A DNA stretch of 28,998 nucleotides from Dehalococcoidia bacterium (GTDB lineage: Bacteria > Chloroflexota > Dehalococcoidia > Dehalococcoidales > DAOWLH01): assembly GCA_030643515.1 (NCBI GenBank), contig DAOWLH010000100.1, positions 1-28,998 on the forward strand, given 5' to 3'. Positions 27,850 to 28,998 of this stretch are shown piece after piece; the first letter of the stretch is position 1; each line of letters opens with the position of its first letter. A program made the position numbers and the translations under genes. The notes under the pieces are model-generated. The model saw nothing but the letters and a program-made list of their open reading frames with translations. It had not been told where the DNA came from and searched no databases.

Positions 27850-28446
27850 GTGAAAAGAAAGGTACTAGGAACAGCACTATCGCTAGCACTGTTATCCGGT
27901 CTGTTTATGTTTACAATTCCAGTTAGTGCTGACCCAGATGGGGCAGCAGACCAGGCAGGGTTTATTAATTTTGAAATCAAGTTAGGTTCGTGAGCAGGTG
28001 GTGCCGACCCTGGATGGGTCGATATATGGGAAGGTGAGCCAGGGGAGTATTTCGGGAGAGAACTGCTTGGTCATGTGAGACATTTACGAAATTATACCTG
28101 ACATTTCACGATAGCCGAAAGTTCTTTCGGCACGGGTACAGCAACTAGTATTTTTAATGTGAACGATAATTACCAAGCGGGAAAACGTCAGGTAATTCAA
28201 ACTTGGATATTTGAGTTTGATGATGAGTATGAGGGTTCGATTACCATAAACCGACGGGCGAATGGTGATTTTCTTGGTTGGAGAAGCACCAACCCAGCAA
28301 GCACTCTTGCTAATTGGGATTACAAAGCACACAGAGTGATAACGGAAGGTACAGGTGATTTAAAGAATTTCCACCTCAGTGACTTTGACAATAATTTAGG
28401 AACCAGATGGTGGTGGGGCATTGGTCACTTTGCCCCAAGGGATTAG
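27850..28446 (+). CDS. secreted hypothetical protein with two in-frame TGA codons: candidate selenoprotein (alternative: pseudogene)
   Basis: SD-like AGGGGG then GTG. MKRKVLGTALSLALLSGLFMFTIPVSA signal peptide. Single frame to TAG at 28444-28446, broken only by TGA at 27991 and 28099, each followed by a SECIS-like hairpin. Confidence 0.6.
28005..28021 (+). promoter_or_regulatory. candidate bacterial SECIS element 1
   Basis: CGACCC-TGGAT-GGGTCG, a perfect 6-bp stem starting 11 nt after TGA 27991-27993; G at loop position 2. Confidence 0.55.
28114..28131 (+). promoter_or_regulatory. candidate bacterial SECIS element 2
   Basis: GCCGAAA-GTTC-TTTCGGC, a perfect 7-bp stem starting 12 nt after TGA 28099-28101; loop begins GT. 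Confidence 0.55.
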
Positions 28447-28484
28447 CCATTGTTAGTTTGAAACTGTATTGATAGTGATAGGGG

Positions 28485-28521
28485 AAAGGGGGCAGGGTTC
28501 AGGCTCTGTCCCTTTTCTTTT
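28485..28521 (+). terminator. intrinsic terminator after the 27850-28446 gene
   Basis: AAAGGGGGCAGGG-TTCAGG-CTCTGTCCCTTTT (13 bp with G.U pairs) followed by CTTTT. Confidence 0.65.
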
Positions 28522-28564
28522 ATAGCCGATGTTTCGTGTTATAATGAAATAGAAGGTAACCGAA

Positions 28565-28998
28565 ATGCACCCGGCAATGCTCTCAGAGGAACTGCCCGGC
28601 GACAGAGTACGCTGCAATATCTGCCAGTGGCGCTGCAGCATAGCTTCCGGTAAAGCTGGTGTTTGCAAGATGTACCACAACAAAGAGGGTGCTCTCTACA
28701 ACATGAACTATGGCCTGGTATCCTCGGTGGCCGCCGACCCCATTGAGAAGAAGCCGCTGTTCCATTTCCACCCCGGCAGCCTCTGTTTCTCTCTGGGCAG
28801 CTGGGGCTGCAACTTCCACTGCCAGGGCTGCCAGAACTGGCAAATCTCCTGCGTTGATGCCGTCAACATCGGACGAATCTCCCAGGAGATTTCACCCCAG
28901 GAAGCAATCCGCAAGGCCAGGATGACCAACTGCCAGGGCATCTCCTGGACCTACAACGAGCCTGCCATCTGGTTTGAATACACCCTGGACTCGGCCAA
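28565..28998 (+). CDS. amrS: AmmeMemoRadiSam-system radical SAM enzyme (PFL-activating-enzyme-like), 5' part
   Basis: Not in the ORF track because it runs off the end. MHPAML...VRCNICQWRC...GVC...DPIEKKPLFHFHPG...GCNFHCQGCQNWQIS...ISWTYNEP. Extended -10 TGTTATAAT at 28537-28545. Confidence 0.9.
   Translation, partial: MHPAMLSEELPGDRVRCNICQWRCSIASGKAGVCKMYHNKEGALYNMNYGLVSSVAADPIEKKPLFHFHPGSLCFSLGSWGCNFHCQGCQNWQISCVDAVNIGRISQEISPQEAIRKARMTNCQGISWTYNEPAIWFEYTLDSA

Noticed and set aside
27850-27993. Treating the first 47 codons as a stand-alone small secreted peptide ending at TGA 27991
   Set aside because: The same frame continues sensibly through a second TGA to 28446, and both TGAs have hairpins at SECIS spacing. 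A single interrupted gene fits better, although a pseudogene is not excluded.
27991-28101. Genome-wide UGA reassignment (code 4 or 25)
   Set aside because: gltX, lspA, nadB and the EamA gene end at TGA at their expected C-termini, so the host uses the standard code.
28481-28500. GGGGAAAGGGGGCAGGGTT resembling the tail of the REP-like repeat
   Set aside because: Hairpin A and the GTTTAAGAGGGG motif are missing; it is adequately explained as an intrinsic terminator stem.
1-28998. CRISPR array, prophage, IS element or tRNA-integrated island
   Set aside because: No regularly spaced direct repeats, transposase, integrase or phage structural genes. tRNA-Ser is followed directly by miaB and no att duplicate was seen.

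Overview
29 kb of mostly housekeeping DNA from a GC-rich bacterium. Gene content and order suggest Chloroflexota, class Dehalococcoidia; this is inference from remembered protein families, not a database search. Genes: gltX, rluA, lspA, dksA-like, pyrD, a lipoprotein serine hydrolase, an iron-sulfur flavoprotein, ybeY, tRNA-Ser(GCT), miaB, yajC, nadB, nadC, a coiled-coil protein, an XRE regulator, a pfkB/lacC-type kinase with a lacD-type aldolase, plsC, ispH, trpS, an Lrp-aminotransferase pair, gatCA, nfeD-like, hisA, hisI, DUF1385, rpmE, rpmA, rplU, coaE, an EamA transporter and a partial AmmeMemoRadiSam radical SAM gene. The main hidden item is a 198-codon frame at 27850-28446 that the ORF track largely missed. 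It encodes a signal-peptide protein with no Cys, interrupted by two in-frame TGA codons, each followed 11-12 nt later by a perfect hairpin with G early in the loop. This is a candidate secreted two-selenocysteine protein. Also notable: nadB, and probably rplU, appear to start at ATT after GGAGGT-N6. A double-hairpin REP-like repeat occurs twice, and one copy is fused to an AT-rich HNH nuclease gene and supplies the next gene's start. Extended -10 and leaderless promoters recur. No CRISPR array, rRNA, transposase or integrase was seen.
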